A stretch of 64,000 bases of DNA, from contig OZ242318.1 in assembly GCA_965208105.1 (NCBI GenBank), positions 4,480,001-4,544,000 of the forward strand, in the 5' to 3' direction. The stretch comes from Candidatus Latescibacterota bacterium (GTDB taxonomy: Bacteria; Latescibacterota; UBA2968; UBA8231). The notes beneath the pieces are model-generated. The model had not been told where the DNA came from, did not search any database, and saw only the letters and a program-made list of their open reading frames with translations. Shown here piece by piece: positions 40,415-50,393 of the stretch; the stretch's first letter is position 1, and each line of letters starts with the position of its first letter. The translations under genes were made by a program, and so were the position numbers.

Positions 40415-41233
40415 ATGAATTTGCTGGCGGTGTTTGCCCACCCGGACGACGAATCCTTCATCTGCGGCGGTACCCTGGCGAAGGCGGCATCGGAAGGGCA
40501 CCGGGTCCTCCTCGTTTGCGCCACCCGGGGAGAGGAGGGAGAGATCGTCCATCCCGCCATCGACCCGGAGCTTCATCCCAAGGGGGACGACCGCGGCAGG
40601 CTGCGCGCCTCCGAGCTGGAAAGGGCCTGCGCCGCAATGGGCGTCGAACCACCCATCTGGCTCGGCCATTGCGACTCCGGATTCCCTCACGAGGTGGGCA
40701 GCGGCAATCCGCGGGCCCTCATGAACCAGGATCTGATCGAGCTGGAGCGCCAGCTTTTGCCCATCATCGCCTCGCTGAAGCCGGAGGTGATGGTCACCTT
40801 CGATCCCCACGGCATCTATCCCCACGTCGACCACGTCACCATCCACCGCGCGGCCACGGCGGCCTTCTGGTCGGCCGGCAGCGTCGTCCAACCGGCGCCC
40901 GGGCGCCTGTTCTATCCCGCCTATGAACTCGAAGCCGTGCGCGCGACCCGGGAGCGCGACCCGGAGGCGACGATGGCCGAGGTCGATCCCGATTTCTACG
41001 GGGTATCGGCCGACTCGGTGGCGGCCAGAATAGACATAGGCGATTGCGCAGAGCGGAAGAAGAAGGCGATCTGCGCCCACGCCTCCCAGTTCGGCGGCCC
41101 GGAGCGGGTGCAGGAGCAAATCGACAAGAGGCCCCACATGATGGCGGTGGAGCACTACACCCTCGGCGGCCTGCGGGGGAGCTTCCCGCCCATGCCGGTG
41201 AGCAGCCTGTTCGCCGGCATGGACGCCCGTTGA
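40415..41233 (+). CDS. PIG-L family deacetylase
   Basis: AHPDDE, ATRGEEG, HVDH, HASQ. Confidence 0.92.
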   Translation: MNLLAVFAHPDDESFICGGTLAKAASEGHRVLLVCATRGEEGEIVHPAIDPELHPKGDDRGRLRASELERACAAMGVEPPIWLGHCDSGFPHEVGSGNPRALMNQDLIELERQLLPIIASLKPEVMVTFDPHGIYPHVDHVTIHRAATAAFWSAGSVVQPAPGRLFYPAYELEAVRATRERDPEATMAEVDPDFYGVSADSVAARIDIGDCAERKKKAICAHASQFGGPERVQEQIDKRPHMMAVEHYTLGGLRGSFPPMPVSSLFAGMDAR

Positions 41234-41254
41234 CAGCGCCTGGAGCACCCGTTC

Positions 41255-42427
41255 TCAGGGCGCCACGGCCTGAAGCACCCGGTAGCTTCTCTCCGCCACG
41301 GCCTCGGCGCTGAATCTTTCTTCGATCCTTTTCCGGGCCCTGGTCCCCATTCGCCGGCAGCGCTCGGGGTCGGCCAGCAGGTCCAGGAGCCTGGCGGCCG
41401 TGTCGCCCACGTCGTCCGGCAGCGCCAGGACCCCGGTCTCGCCGTCCACTATGATCTCGGGGGTGCTGCTGTGATCGGCCCCTATGCTGGGAAGCTCGAA
41501 GGCACCCGCCTCCATGTAGACGTTGGCCATTCCCTCGCGCACGCTGGTCATCATGAAAATCCGGGCGCTGCTGTAAAGGTCGTAGAGTTCCTCCGACATG
41601 GGAGGAATGGATCCCAGCAGGAAAACGTAACCCGAGGCCCCCAAGTCCCTCACCAGACGCTCCAGCCGCGGCATCTGGGGACCGTCTCCAACCACCACGT
41701 GACACAGGTCGGGAACCTGCCGGCGGGCTATCGCCACCGCGCGAATGGCCAGATCCACCCGCTTGCGCCCGGTCAACCTAGAGACTGTCAACACCGTCCG
41801 GCGATGGCGCAGGAACGGGTATTTGCTCAGGAGGCGGTGGGGATCGAATTGGTAGTCCGCGATCCTCGAGAAATCGAACCCGGAGGAATTGATGAAGATT
41901 TTCTCAGCGCACACGCCCTTGCCCTCGGCGGTCCGCTTGAGGTAGCCGCTTGCGGCGGCGATGGCACTGGAGAGGCGGTAGCAGCGCCGCTGGGGAATGC
42001 TCTGCAGCCTGGCGCGGAGTCCTTTTCCGGGAAGGCGGGTGAGAATGTCCGAACCGCGCAGGCAGGAAACCACGGACAGGTCTGGCCCGCCGGCCTCCCA
42101 CAGCAGACCCACGATCCGCGTCGAGGCCCCATTGGTGGTCCACAGACTGTGGGGCCTGAACCGCCTCAGGGTGCGGCGCAGCCAGCGCAGGGCCACCAGG
42201 TAGCGCCAGGGTCCGGCAGCCGCACAGGGCATGCGCACTATGCGGTAGGGTTGTTCCCGGTCGAAAGCATGGCGCCTCCGCCTTTCACCACGCGGGGCCA
42301 GTACCAGGACCTCCGCGCCTTTGGAGCTCAACCCCTGCGCCAGGCGGCTGGCGTAGGTGGCCGTGCCCACCGCGGATGGGGGGAATTCCATGGCCAGGAT
42401 CAGCACTTTGTAGGATTTTTCGGCCAT
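41255..42427 (-). CDS. GT4 glycosyltransferase
   Basis: VSRLTGRK, VVGDGP, EGMANVYMEA (EX7E). Confidence 0.9.
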   Translation of the reverse strand: MAEKSYKVLILAMEFPPSAVGTATYASRLAQGLSSKGAEVLVLAPRGERRRRHAFDREQPYRIVRMPCAAAGPWRYLVALRWLRRTLRRFRPHSLWTTNGASTRIVGLLWEAGGPDLSVVSCLRGSDILTRLPGKGLRARLQSIPQRRCYRLSSAIAAASGYLKRTAEGKGVCAEKIFINSSGFDFSRIADYQFDPHRLLSKYPFLRHRRTVLTVSRLTGRKRVDLAIRAVAIARRQVPDLCHVVVGDGPQMPRLERLVRDLGASGYVFLLGSIPPMSEELYDLYSSARIFMMTSVREGMANVYMEAGAFELPSIGADHSSTPEIIVDGETGVLALPDDVGDTAARLLDLLADPERCRRMGTRARKRIEERFSAEAVAERSYRVLQAVAP

Positions 42428-42611
42428 AGTGACGAAAGGTGGATCTGTGATTCCATTGCGGATGGATAAATATAGCGACCGGAACAGGGCCATTCCACCT
42501 TGGAGGGAGGCCGCGGCTTTTGGTGGGGTGCGGGGATTTCTCTATATTTGCAGCCCGATGAACTGGTCCGTGAATCGAGGTCTGGTAGAGAGGAAACCCC
42601 TGCACAACGGG

Positions 42612-44207
42612 ATGGAAACGACGGCATCACCTCCAGGACTGCCCCGCGCTTCGGCCGAAGCCGAGAAGGACATCGAGGATCTCGCCGGCGGCGCCGCGGT
42701 CACCTTCCTGGGTAAAATCGCGCGGGTTTCCAGAGGTGCCTTCATCTGGGTGGTCACCCTGCTCTACGGGTTGGACGTCCTGGCGCTCTATTCCTTGGCC
42801 TGGGGGCTGGTGGCGACCCTGAACCGGATCGGCCGGTTCGGCCTGCAGCGGGGGGTGGTGCGCTACGTGGTGGAAGCCCGGTCCCGGGGCGATGCAGCCG
42901 GGGCGGAGCGCGTCGTCGCCACCGCTCTCGGAATAGGTCTGGCGGCGGGCACCGCGGTGGCAGCCGCCGTCTTCCTGAGCGCGGATTGGGTGGCTGATTT
43001 CTACCAGAAGCCCGTGGCCCCGGCGCTGCGCATACTGGCCTGGTCGGCGCCGTTCATCGCGGTGGGGTGGATCTTCACCGCCGCGGTAAGGGCCCTGCGC
43101 ATCGTGCGCTACGGGGTCTACGTCATGTCCGTTGCGGGGCCCCTCTTCCTGCTGGCGGGGGGACTTGCCGCCGGCTTCACGTCGCCCAGTCTGGAGAGCG
43201 TGGCCTGGGTGCAGCTCTCCGCCGCAGTGGGAATCTGCCTCCTGGCCGCCTCCTACTTCCACCGGTTTTTCTCGCTTCCCCGCTGCCTGTGGCGTCTGGG
43301 GAGGGGGTTCTCGCGGAAGGCACTGACCAGGTTCTCCTTTCCGGTGATGCTCACCGATCTTCTGCAGGGACTGCTGACCCAGCTCGACGTGCTGATGCTG
43401 GGGTGGTTCGTTCCCCGGGACCAGATCTACCTGGTGGGCGTCTATGTTCTCGCCCGGCGCATCGCCAGCGCCATGCTGAAGGCGCCCCAGGCCTTCGATC
43501 CCATATTCAGCCCGGTGGTCAGCGAGCTCTCCTACCGCCGGCGCAACCAGGAGCTTGCCCATCGCTTCGTTGTTGTCTCGCGCTGGATTCTGACCGTCAA
43601 TCTGCCTGTTTTTGCGGGAATTCTGATGGTCGGCGACCACATCCTGGTTTTGCTGTCCGGCACCCAGGTGGCCGCCTCCGCCGATATCGAGGTGGGAATC
43701 AAGATCCTTTTCATTCTCTGCGTCGGAATGATGGTACAGGGAATCTTCGCCCTGATCGGACCTCTGCTGGCCATGTCCGGGAGGCCCTACCTCAATCTGT
43801 TCAACAACAGCCTCTGGCTCGCGGTCAATTTCCTCCTCAATTTCTGGCTCATTGGACGCTACGGCATAGTAGGCGCCGCCATGGGGGCCACATTCTCCAT
43901 GCTTCTGGTCAACATCCTGCGCGTAGCCCAGGTCAGAGTCCTCTATCAAATCATTCCATTCCGCCGCTCGCAGCTCAAGCCCCTGCTGGCCGCCCTCGGG
44001 GCGGCCCTGGCGGGATGGCTTGGCGAGAGTGTGTTTCCCGGAATCTTCTGGTCGGCGGTGGGCGTCCTCGCGGTTTTTCTGGGGGTTTATGTCTCGCTTC
44101 TCTACCTGCTTGGCATGGAAGAGGAAGACCGGGTGCTCATGCGCCGGATAAGACAGTGGATCGAGCGCTTCCCCCGTCGGGGAGAGGGGCGTCGGGACGA
44201 AAATTAA
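42612..44207 (+). CDS. Polysaccharide flippase (Wzx-like)
   Basis: 12 or more TM helices, DVLMLG, VGVYVLA, YGIVGAA. Confidence 0.85.
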   Translation: METTASPPGLPRASAEAEKDIEDLAGGAAVTFLGKIARVSRGAFIWVVTLLYGLDVLALYSLAWGLVATLNRIGRFGLQRGVVRYVVEARSRGDAAGAERVVATALGIGLAAGTAVAAAVFLSADWVADFYQKPVAPALRILAWSAPFIAVGWIFTAAVRALRIVRYGVYVMSVAGPLFLLAGGLAAGFTSPSLESVAWVQLSAAVGICLLAASYFHRFFSLPRCLWRLGRGFSRKALTRFSFPVMLTDLLQGLLTQLDVLMLGWFVPRDQIYLVGVYVLARRIASAMLKAPQAFDPIFSPVVSELSYRRRNQELAHRFVVVSRWILTVNLPVFAGILMVGDHILVLLSGTQVAASADIEVGIKILFILCVGMMVQGIFALIGPLLAMSGRPYLNLFNNSLWLAVNFLLNFWLIGRYGIVGAAMGATFSMLLVNILRVAQVRVLYQIIPFRRSQLKPLLAALGAALAGWLGESVFPGIFWSAVGVLAVFLGVYVSLLYLLGMEEEDRVLMRRIRQWIERFPRRGEGRRDEN

Positions 44208-44238
44208 TTCCGGTTGCACCGGATAGATCGGTTGGTGG

Positions 44239-44955
44239 ATGCGAGCTATTATCCTTGCGGCGGGAGCGGGAACCCGCCTCAGCCCCCTTACGAATGGATG
44301 TCCCAAGTGCCTGGTGCCGGTGGGCGGCAAGGTTCTCTCCGACTATCAGGTCGGGGCTCTGCGGGCGGCGGGGGTGGAGGACATCGTCCTGGTCGTCGGG
44401 TGTGAAGCGGGGCAGATACGCCGTCACTACGGCGAGGAGATGCGCTATGTCGAAAACCCCGACTACCTGACCACCAACAGCATCTACTCCCTCTACCTCG
44501 CCCGCGGCGAGCTGGACGCGAATGTTTTCCTCTTCAACTGTGATATTCTCTTCCATCCTGAGCTGCTGCATCGCATGCTGGCAGCGGAGTCCCCCAACGT
44601 GGTCGCGGTGGATTCGAGGGCGGAACGCCTGGCAAACGAGATGAACGTTGCCCTCGATCGGGGGGGCAGGGTCCGGGCGATCGGCAAGGAGCTGGACCCG
44701 GCCGCAGCCCAGGCCCGGAGCGTGCAGCTGGTGAAGTTCGATGCGGCCGGCGCCTCCCTGGTGCGCGGCGAAGTGGAGCGGCTGGTCCGCATGCGGCAAA
44801 TGGACGGCTTTCCCACCGCGGCCTATGGTCCCCTCATCGAGTCGGGGATGCTCCACGCGGTGGAAGGAGGCGATTTGCCCTGGACCGAAGTGGACTCCAT
44901 GGAAGATTACCAGCGTGCACTGAAAACGGTACTCCCGCGCCTGGAGGACATCTGA
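44239..44955 (+). CDS. NTP transferase (LicC/phosphocholine cytidylyltransferase-like)
   Basis: ILAAGAGTRL, PKCLV, NPDY-TNSIYSL, WTEVD. Confidence 0.85.
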   Translation: MRAIILAAGAGTRLSPLTNGCPKCLVPVGGKVLSDYQVGALRAAGVEDIVLVVGCEAGQIRRHYGEEMRYVENPDYLTTNSIYSLYLARGELDANVFLFNCDILFHPELLHRMLAAESPNVVAVDSRAERLANEMNVALDRGGRVRAIGKELDPAAAQARSVQLVKFDAAGASLVRGEVERLVRMRQMDGFPTAAYGPLIESGMLHAVEGGDLPWTEVDSMEDYQRALKTVLPRLEDI

Positions 44956-46262
44956 TCCCAGCAATCAGCACACCTCCGTCCCCGCTTGTCTGCATCGACG
45001 CGACCCGCGCCGGCGCCGCTTCCGAGCTGTGGGGCATGACCCTGGTCGAGCGCCAGATGCGCGAAATGGCCCTCAAAGGCGCCCGCCGCTTCCGCGTCTG
45101 GATTTCTCCACGGACCGCCGCGCTGGCAGAGCGTCTGCGTCCCGACCTCGACAGGTTGTACCAGGTGGAGCGCAGCTTCACCATGGTGGCGGGAGCTTCC
45201 CTGAACTACCATGACCTCGCCCAGGTCCGGGAGGAGGCCGTGGTGCTGGAAGGCGATGTTCTCTACGACGACCGCATCCTGACCCATCTTCTGCTGGAGG
45301 GACCGGGTTGCGTCGTGAAGGGTGGCCAGGGGACCTCGGCGCTGTACCTGGACGCCGCGGGGATTGCCGGGTTGGCCACCCGGCTTCGGGACCGGGAGTC
45401 ATCCACGCCCGGGTCACTGGGCGAGTTGCTGCAGGGGTCTCCCGGCGGGTCCGGGCTGCGCACCTGGACCCCGGGCGACCTCGATTCCTACGTTCCTTCC
45501 CTGCGCCTGACCATGGAGCCGTACATGGTCAGAGTTGCCGCCGCCGGCCAGCTTCGCCGCCTCGACCGCCTGATGTACCGCCGCACCTTCAAGGGGGCCA
45601 TCGACGCGGTCGCCCGCTACGGCTACTACCATCCGGTGCGCTGGCTCACCCGCCAGCTGTGCAGGACCTCGCTGGCGCCCAACGTGGTCACCGTCCTGTC
45701 CCTGCTGTGCATCTGGGCGGCCATTCCCTGTTTCGCCTGCGGCCTCCTCGGCGCCGGTGCGCTGGTTGCGTGGGCAGGGGTCATTCTCGATTCGGTGGAT
45801 GGCAAGTTGGCCCGCCTGCGGCTGCACCTGAGCGCCAGGATGGGAGCGCTGGAGCACGTCCTCGCGGCTCCGGGACTGGGGTTGTGGTACATCGCATGGG
45901 GCTGGCACTTGAGCGCGGGAGAGCTGCTGGCGGTGGAAGCCGGGGCGGTGCTTACCTGGACCGCGGTGGCCGCCTTCGTGCTGGACAAGGTGGTCAGCGG
46001 AGGCTTCAGGATATGCTTCGGCAGGGAGATTTTCGACTACCGGCCCCTGGACGCGGTCTTCCACCTCTTCGCCGCTCGAAGGAACGTAACCTTGCTGATC
46101 ATGACCGCGGGAGCGGCCTCGGGACGCGAACGAGAAGCCTTCCGGGCCATTGTCGCGTGGACTCTGGCCACCCTGCTTTTCCACGCCTCGCGCTTTGCCT
46201 GGGTAGCGGCTTCGGCAAGAATCAAACCCACTTCCAGGATCGTTCCCGGCGGCCAGGAATGA
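44952..46262 (+). CDS. CDP-alcohol phosphotransferase with a degenerate N-terminal NTP-transferase-like domain (CTG start proposed; first ATG at 45036)
   Basis: PNVVT and LDSVDGKLAR...GALEH motif; the frame is open upstream to a CTGA overlap behind GGAGG. Confidence 0.75.
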   Translation: MIPAISTPPSPLVCIDATRAGAASELWGMTLVERQMREMALKGARRFRVWISPRTAALAERLRPDLDRLYQVERSFTMVAGASLNYHDLAQVREEAVVLEGDVLYDDRILTHLLLEGPGCVVKGGQGTSALYLDAAGIAGLATRLRDRESSTPGSLGELLQGSPGGSGLRTWTPGDLDSYVPSLRLTMEPYMVRVAAAGQLRRLDRLMYRRTFKGAIDAVARYGYYHPVRWLTRQLCRTSLAPNVVTVLSLLCIWAAIPCFACGLLGAGALVAWAGVILDSVDGKLARLRLHLSARMGALEHVLAAPGLGLWYIAWGWHLSAGELLAVEAGAVLTWTAVAAFVLDKVVSGGFRICFGREIFDYRPLDAVFHLFAARRNVTLLIMTAGAASGREREAFRAIVAWTLATLLFHASRFAWVAASARIKPTSRIVPGGQE

Positions 46263-49084
46263 CCTCCTCGACCATTTCAATTCGCGGCGCTTCTGAACAC
46301 AATCTGGACGACCTCGACCTGGACCTGCCCCACGGCAGCTTGATCGCCGTCAGCGGGGTATCGGGATCGGGGAAATCTTCCCTGGCCTTCGACACGATCT
46401 ACTCCGAGGCGCGCCGCCGCTACCTGATGACCCTGGACCGCAGGGGACAGGCCCTGGTGCGGCGGCTCAAGGCGCCCGCGGTCCGCAGTCTCGAGGGGCT
46501 GGCTCCCGCGGTGGCAATCGGCCAGGTCCGCAGGCAGGACAATCCACGTTCGACGGTGGCCACTCTTGCCGGAATTCACAACTACCTGCGCCTGCTCTTC
46601 GCCCGCCTGGGCAGCCCCCTCTGCCTGGCCTGTGGGGCCGAGGTGCGGTCCCAGCGCTTCGAGGAGGTCTACGAAACGGTTGCCGGTCTGCCCGAGGGTA
46701 CGAAGCTGCTGGTCCTGGCGCCGCGGCGGCTGGAAGAGGGTGAAAGCGGGGCCGCCCTCCTGGATTGGATCGAAGGATGCGGCTATCGCCGCCTGCGCCT
46801 GGATGGCCGGATTCTGCTCCTCGAAGAGGTCGCCCGGTCCACCCTCCGCGGCCGCCGTTTCGAGGTGGTGGTCGATCGTCTGGTGGTAAGGCCCGACAAC
46901 CGCCGCCGGCTGAAGGGATCCTTGCAGGCCGCGGTGGAGGCCGGCGACGGCCGCGTGGTGGTGATCGGCGCCGAGAGCGCGGTCGAGATGGCCTTCTCGG
47001 TGCGTCCCAGTTGCTCGGCCTGCGGCCAACCCTTCCCGCCGGTTTCGCCGGCGCTGTTCTCCTTCAACAGTTCCCAGGGAGCCTGTCCGGCCTGCCGCGG
47101 TCTGGGCGTATGCGGCGGCCCGGGCATGGAGCAGGTCTTCGACCGGGGCTCCGCTTCGGTGGCGGGCGCGCTGGCTCCGCTGTGGCAGGAGTTCGGCCAC
47201 GAGGACTTGCGCCGGATTCTGGAAGAATTCTGCACGGCGTCCGGCGTGGACCCCGACGAGGGGCTGAGGGAATGGCCGCCCGAGACGGCCGCGAGACTGT
47301 GGAAGGGGACGAGGCGGAGAGGGGGGTTTGGGGGAATCGGGCGATGGCTGGAACAGCGGCGCGGCAGGGCCTCCGGTGCCGAATTGACCTGGCTGGAGGA
47401 ACGATTGGGAGACCGGGTCTGCCCGCAATGCCTGGGGTCGCGGCTCAGGCCCGAGGCCCTCTCGGTGATGATAGGGGAGCATTCCATTTCCTCGGTCTGC
47501 CGGATGTCCATCGGACTCGCCGCGGACCTTTTTTCTGAGATGGAGTTCACCGGGACTGGTGCCGCTGTCGGCAGCGCCCTGGTGGAGAGGATACGCGGCA
47601 GCCTGCGCAGCTTCGAATCACTCGGTCTGGGTTACCTCGGGTTGGAGCGCGGCACCGGGTCCATCTCCGCCGGCGAGTTGCACCGCCTGCGTCTGGGGGC
47701 GGCCCTGGGTTCGGGAATGACCCGGGTGCTCTACGTCCTGGACGAGCCCAGCGTCGGGCTCCACGCCCGCGACGTGGGACGCCTGCTCCGCTCCCTGGAG
47801 GAGCTGCGCGACGCCGGCAATACGGTTCTGGTGGTCGAGCACGACGCCGGAATCGTCGGCGCCGCCGACATGGTGGTCGAGCTGGGACCGGGAGCCGGCC
47901 ACCAGGGGGGACGCGTGGTGGCCCTGGGCTCGCCGCGGGAAATCGAGGCCTCGGGATCCCTTACCGGACGATACCTCAGCGGGGCGCTGCAGCTCGGCCA
48001 GGGGGAGCCCCGCCCAGCCGGGTCCGGGGGCTGGCTCGAGTTGCGCGGTCTGGGCGGCCACAACCTGAAGAACATCGACGTTTCCATTCCTCTCGGGAAT
48101 CTGGTCTGTGTCACCGGTGTGTCGGGTTCGGGCAAAAGCACGTTGGTGAACGATACCCTGAGGCCCTTGCTGGCCGCCCGCCTGCAGGGCGCCGTGGTCC
48201 AGCCCCTGGCCCATGAGTCGTGCGCGGGGTTGGAGAATCTCGAACGGCTGGTGGCCGTCGACCAGAAACCCATCGGCCGCTCCCCGCGCTCCAATGCGGC
48301 GACCTACGCCGGCCTGCTGGGACCCATGCGGCGGCTTTTCGCCGGGTTGCCCCTGGCGCGGATGCGCGCCTACAAACCCGCTCATTTCAGCTTCAATGCC
48401 TCCGAGGGTGCCTGTGCCCGATGCGGCGGCAGCGGCCTTGCCGCCGCGAGGTTGGGGGGCTTCGAGGATTTCGACCCGGTCTGCCCCAGCTGCAGCGGCA
48501 GGCGCTACAAGGCCGAGGTGCTCGACATACGCTACCGGGGAAAGAGTATTGCCGAGGTCATGGACCTGAGCGTGGACGCCGCCCTGGAATTTTTCGACCC
48601 CATTCCCGAGCTCGCCCGGCGCCTGCTGGTGCTGAGACAGGTCGGCCTGGGTTACCTGCGGCTGGGACAGCCGGCCGGCAGTTTTTCAGGTGGCGAAGCA
48701 CAGCGGGTGAAGCTGGGCGCGGAACTCGGCCGGGCGCGGCGGGCGCATACGCTCTACATCCTGGACGAGCCCACCACCGGCCTGCACCTGGAGGACATCC
48801 GTTTCCTTCTGCGCCTGCTTCAGGGCCTTGTGGACGAAGGCAACACGGTCGTTGTGGTGGAGCACCAGGTCGAGCTGATCGCCGCGGCGGATTACCTTCT
48901 CGATCTGGGCCCCGAGGGCGGTGAGGCAGGGGGTCGGATAGTTGCGTCGGGGATGCCGCGGGAGGTGGCGGCGGTAGAGGCTTCCTGGACGGGAAGGGTA
49001 CTGCGCGAGCACTTCGAGAGGTTGTCGGGCCGGGAGCGGGAAAGCAAGGGAGTGAGAAAGACAGCCCGGACCGAAGATCCCTGA
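46259..49084 (+). CDS. uvrA: UvrA-family ABC ATPase (probable paralog)
   Basis: GASEHNL, two GVSGSGKS Walker A motifs, CXXC zinc fingers, FSFN, GGEAQRVKL. Confidence 0.85.
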   Translation: MTSSTISIRGASEHNLDDLDLDLPHGSLIAVSGVSGSGKSSLAFDTIYSEARRRYLMTLDRRGQALVRRLKAPAVRSLEGLAPAVAIGQVRRQDNPRSTVATLAGIHNYLRLLFARLGSPLCLACGAEVRSQRFEEVYETVAGLPEGTKLLVLAPRRLEEGESGAALLDWIEGCGYRRLRLDGRILLLEEVARSTLRGRRFEVVVDRLVVRPDNRRRLKGSLQAAVEAGDGRVVVIGAESAVEMAFSVRPSCSACGQPFPPVSPALFSFNSSQGACPACRGLGVCGGPGMEQVFDRGSASVAGALAPLWQEFGHEDLRRILEEFCTASGVDPDEGLREWPPETAARLWKGTRRRGGFGGIGRWLEQRRGRASGAELTWLEERLGDRVCPQCLGSRLRPEALSVMIGEHSISSVCRMSIGLAADLFSEMEFTGTGAAVGSALVERIRGSLRSFESLGLGYLGLERGTGSISAGELHRLRLGAALGSGMTRVLYVLDEPSVGLHARDVGRLLRSLEELRDAGNTVLVVEHDAGIVGAADMVVELGPGAGHQGGRVVALGSPREIEASGSLTGRYLSGALQLGQGEPRPAGSGGWLELRGLGGHNLKNIDVSIPLGNLVCVTGVSGSGKSTLVNDTLRPLLAARLQGAVVQPLAHESCAGLENLERLVAVDQKPIGRSPRSNAATYAGLLGPMRRLFAGLPLARMRAYKPAHFSFNASEGACARCGGSGLAAARLGGFEDFDPVCPSCSGRRYKAEVLDIRYRGKSIAEVMDLSVDAALEFFDPIPELARRLLVLRQVGLGYLRLGQPAGSFSGGEAQRVKLGAELGRARRAHTLYILDEPTTGLHLEDIRFLLRLLQGLVDEGNTVVVVEHQVELIAAADYLLDLGPEGGEAGGRIVASGMPREVAAVEASWTGRVLREHFERLSGRERESKGVRKTARTEDP

Positions 49085-49101
49085 AAGTGAGGAGTAGAAA
49101 T

Positions 49102-50280
49102 ATGCTGGAGATCGAATCGACCCAGGCCTACATGCGGGAAACCGGTGTGGACGCCTGGCTGGTCTACGACTTTCGCGGCAGCAACCCGGTTCTGTGGCAG
49201 CTTGTCGGGGGCAGCAGGGCGACCACCCGGAGAAGCTTTCTGCTGCTGCCCGCGCGAGGCGAGGCGAGGATCATCGCCCACGCAATCGAGAAGGAGGTCT
49301 TCTCGGATCTGGAGGTGGAGGTCGAGTCCTACGCCGGACGGGGGGAGATGCTCGACAGGGTGCGCGAAGCCCTGCAGGGGTGTTCGCGGGTGGCCATGGA
49401 GTACTCTCCCAGGGGCGAGTTGCCCGTCCTTTCGTGGGTGGACGGGGGCACCCTGGAGCTGATCAGGTCCCTTGGAGTGGAGGTGGTTTCGTCGGCCCCG
49501 CTCTCCCAGGTGGCGCTGACCCTGTGGAGCGAGGCGTCCCTGGAGTCACACCTGGACGCGTGCCGCCAGGTGGGCGAGGTCAAGGACGCCGCCTTCGACT
49601 ATATCCGCCAGGGATTGCAGGGAGGATCGTCCCTGACCGAGTCCGACGTCCAGGAGTTCATCCTGAGAGAGTTCCGCCGCCGCAGGCTGGAAACGGATCA
49701 TCCGCCCATCGTCGGCACCAACGCCAACAGCGGCAATCCCCACTACGAGCCCGTAGAAGGGAGGTCGGCGCAGATCGCCCGGGGAGATTGGGTATTGATC
49801 GACCTGTGGGCGAGGCGTCCGGGCGAAGGGAATGTTTTCGGCGACATCACCTGGGTCGGCTACGCCGGCGCCGGGGTCCCGGAGACTCATCAGCGCATAT
49901 TCGACCTGGTCGCCGAGGCCCGCGACAAGGTGGTTGAGCGCTTGCGCCGGGATTGGGACGCGGGCAGGACGGCGCAGGGCTGGGAACTGGACCGGGTGGC
50001 GCGCGACCTCATCGAGGCGGCCGGCTACGGCGCCCGTTTCCTCCACCGCACCGGGCACAGTCTGGGACCGGGTCCGAAGGTACATGCCCTGGGGGTGAAC
50101 CTGGACGATCTCGAGACCCACGACACCCGCGAGATTCTGCCCCGGACGGGATTCTCGGTGGAGCCCGGAATCTACCTGGCCGAGTTCGGGGTGAGACTGG
50201 AGATCAACGTGTACGTGGATGGGCGCTCGGGGCCCACGGTCACCACTCCCGTTCAGGACGAAGTGGTCGAGCTCGTCTAG
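49102..50280 (+). CDS. M24 family Xaa-Pro aminopeptidase-like protein
   Basis: GNPHY, LIDLW, DITW, HRTGHSLG, SVEPGIY, GVRLE. Confidence 0.9.
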   Translation: MLEIESTQAYMRETGVDAWLVYDFRGSNPVLWQLVGGSRATTRRSFLLLPARGEARIIAHAIEKEVFSDLEVEVESYAGRGEMLDRVREALQGCSRVAMEYSPRGELPVLSWVDGGTLELIRSLGVEVVSSAPLSQVALTLWSEASLESHLDACRQVGEVKDAAFDYIRQGLQGGSSLTESDVQEFILREFRRRRLETDHPPIVGTNANSGNPHYEPVEGRSAQIARGDWVLIDLWARRPGEGNVFGDITWVGYAGAGVPETHQRIFDLVAEARDKVVERLRRDWDAGRTAQGWELDRVARDLIEAAGYGARFLHRTGHSLGPGPKVHALGVNLDDLETHDTREILPRTGFSVEPGIYLAEFGVRLEINVYVDGRSGPTVTTPVQDEVVELV

Positions 50281-50393
50281 ACCTTATGTATTGACGGAGA
50301 TATGAAAGACCTCCTCCGACTCGGTTGTCGGGGGTTATCTTTGGGAAAACGGAGTTCACCCAAAGACCTATCCCCAGCGAGAAGGAGGAGGCC

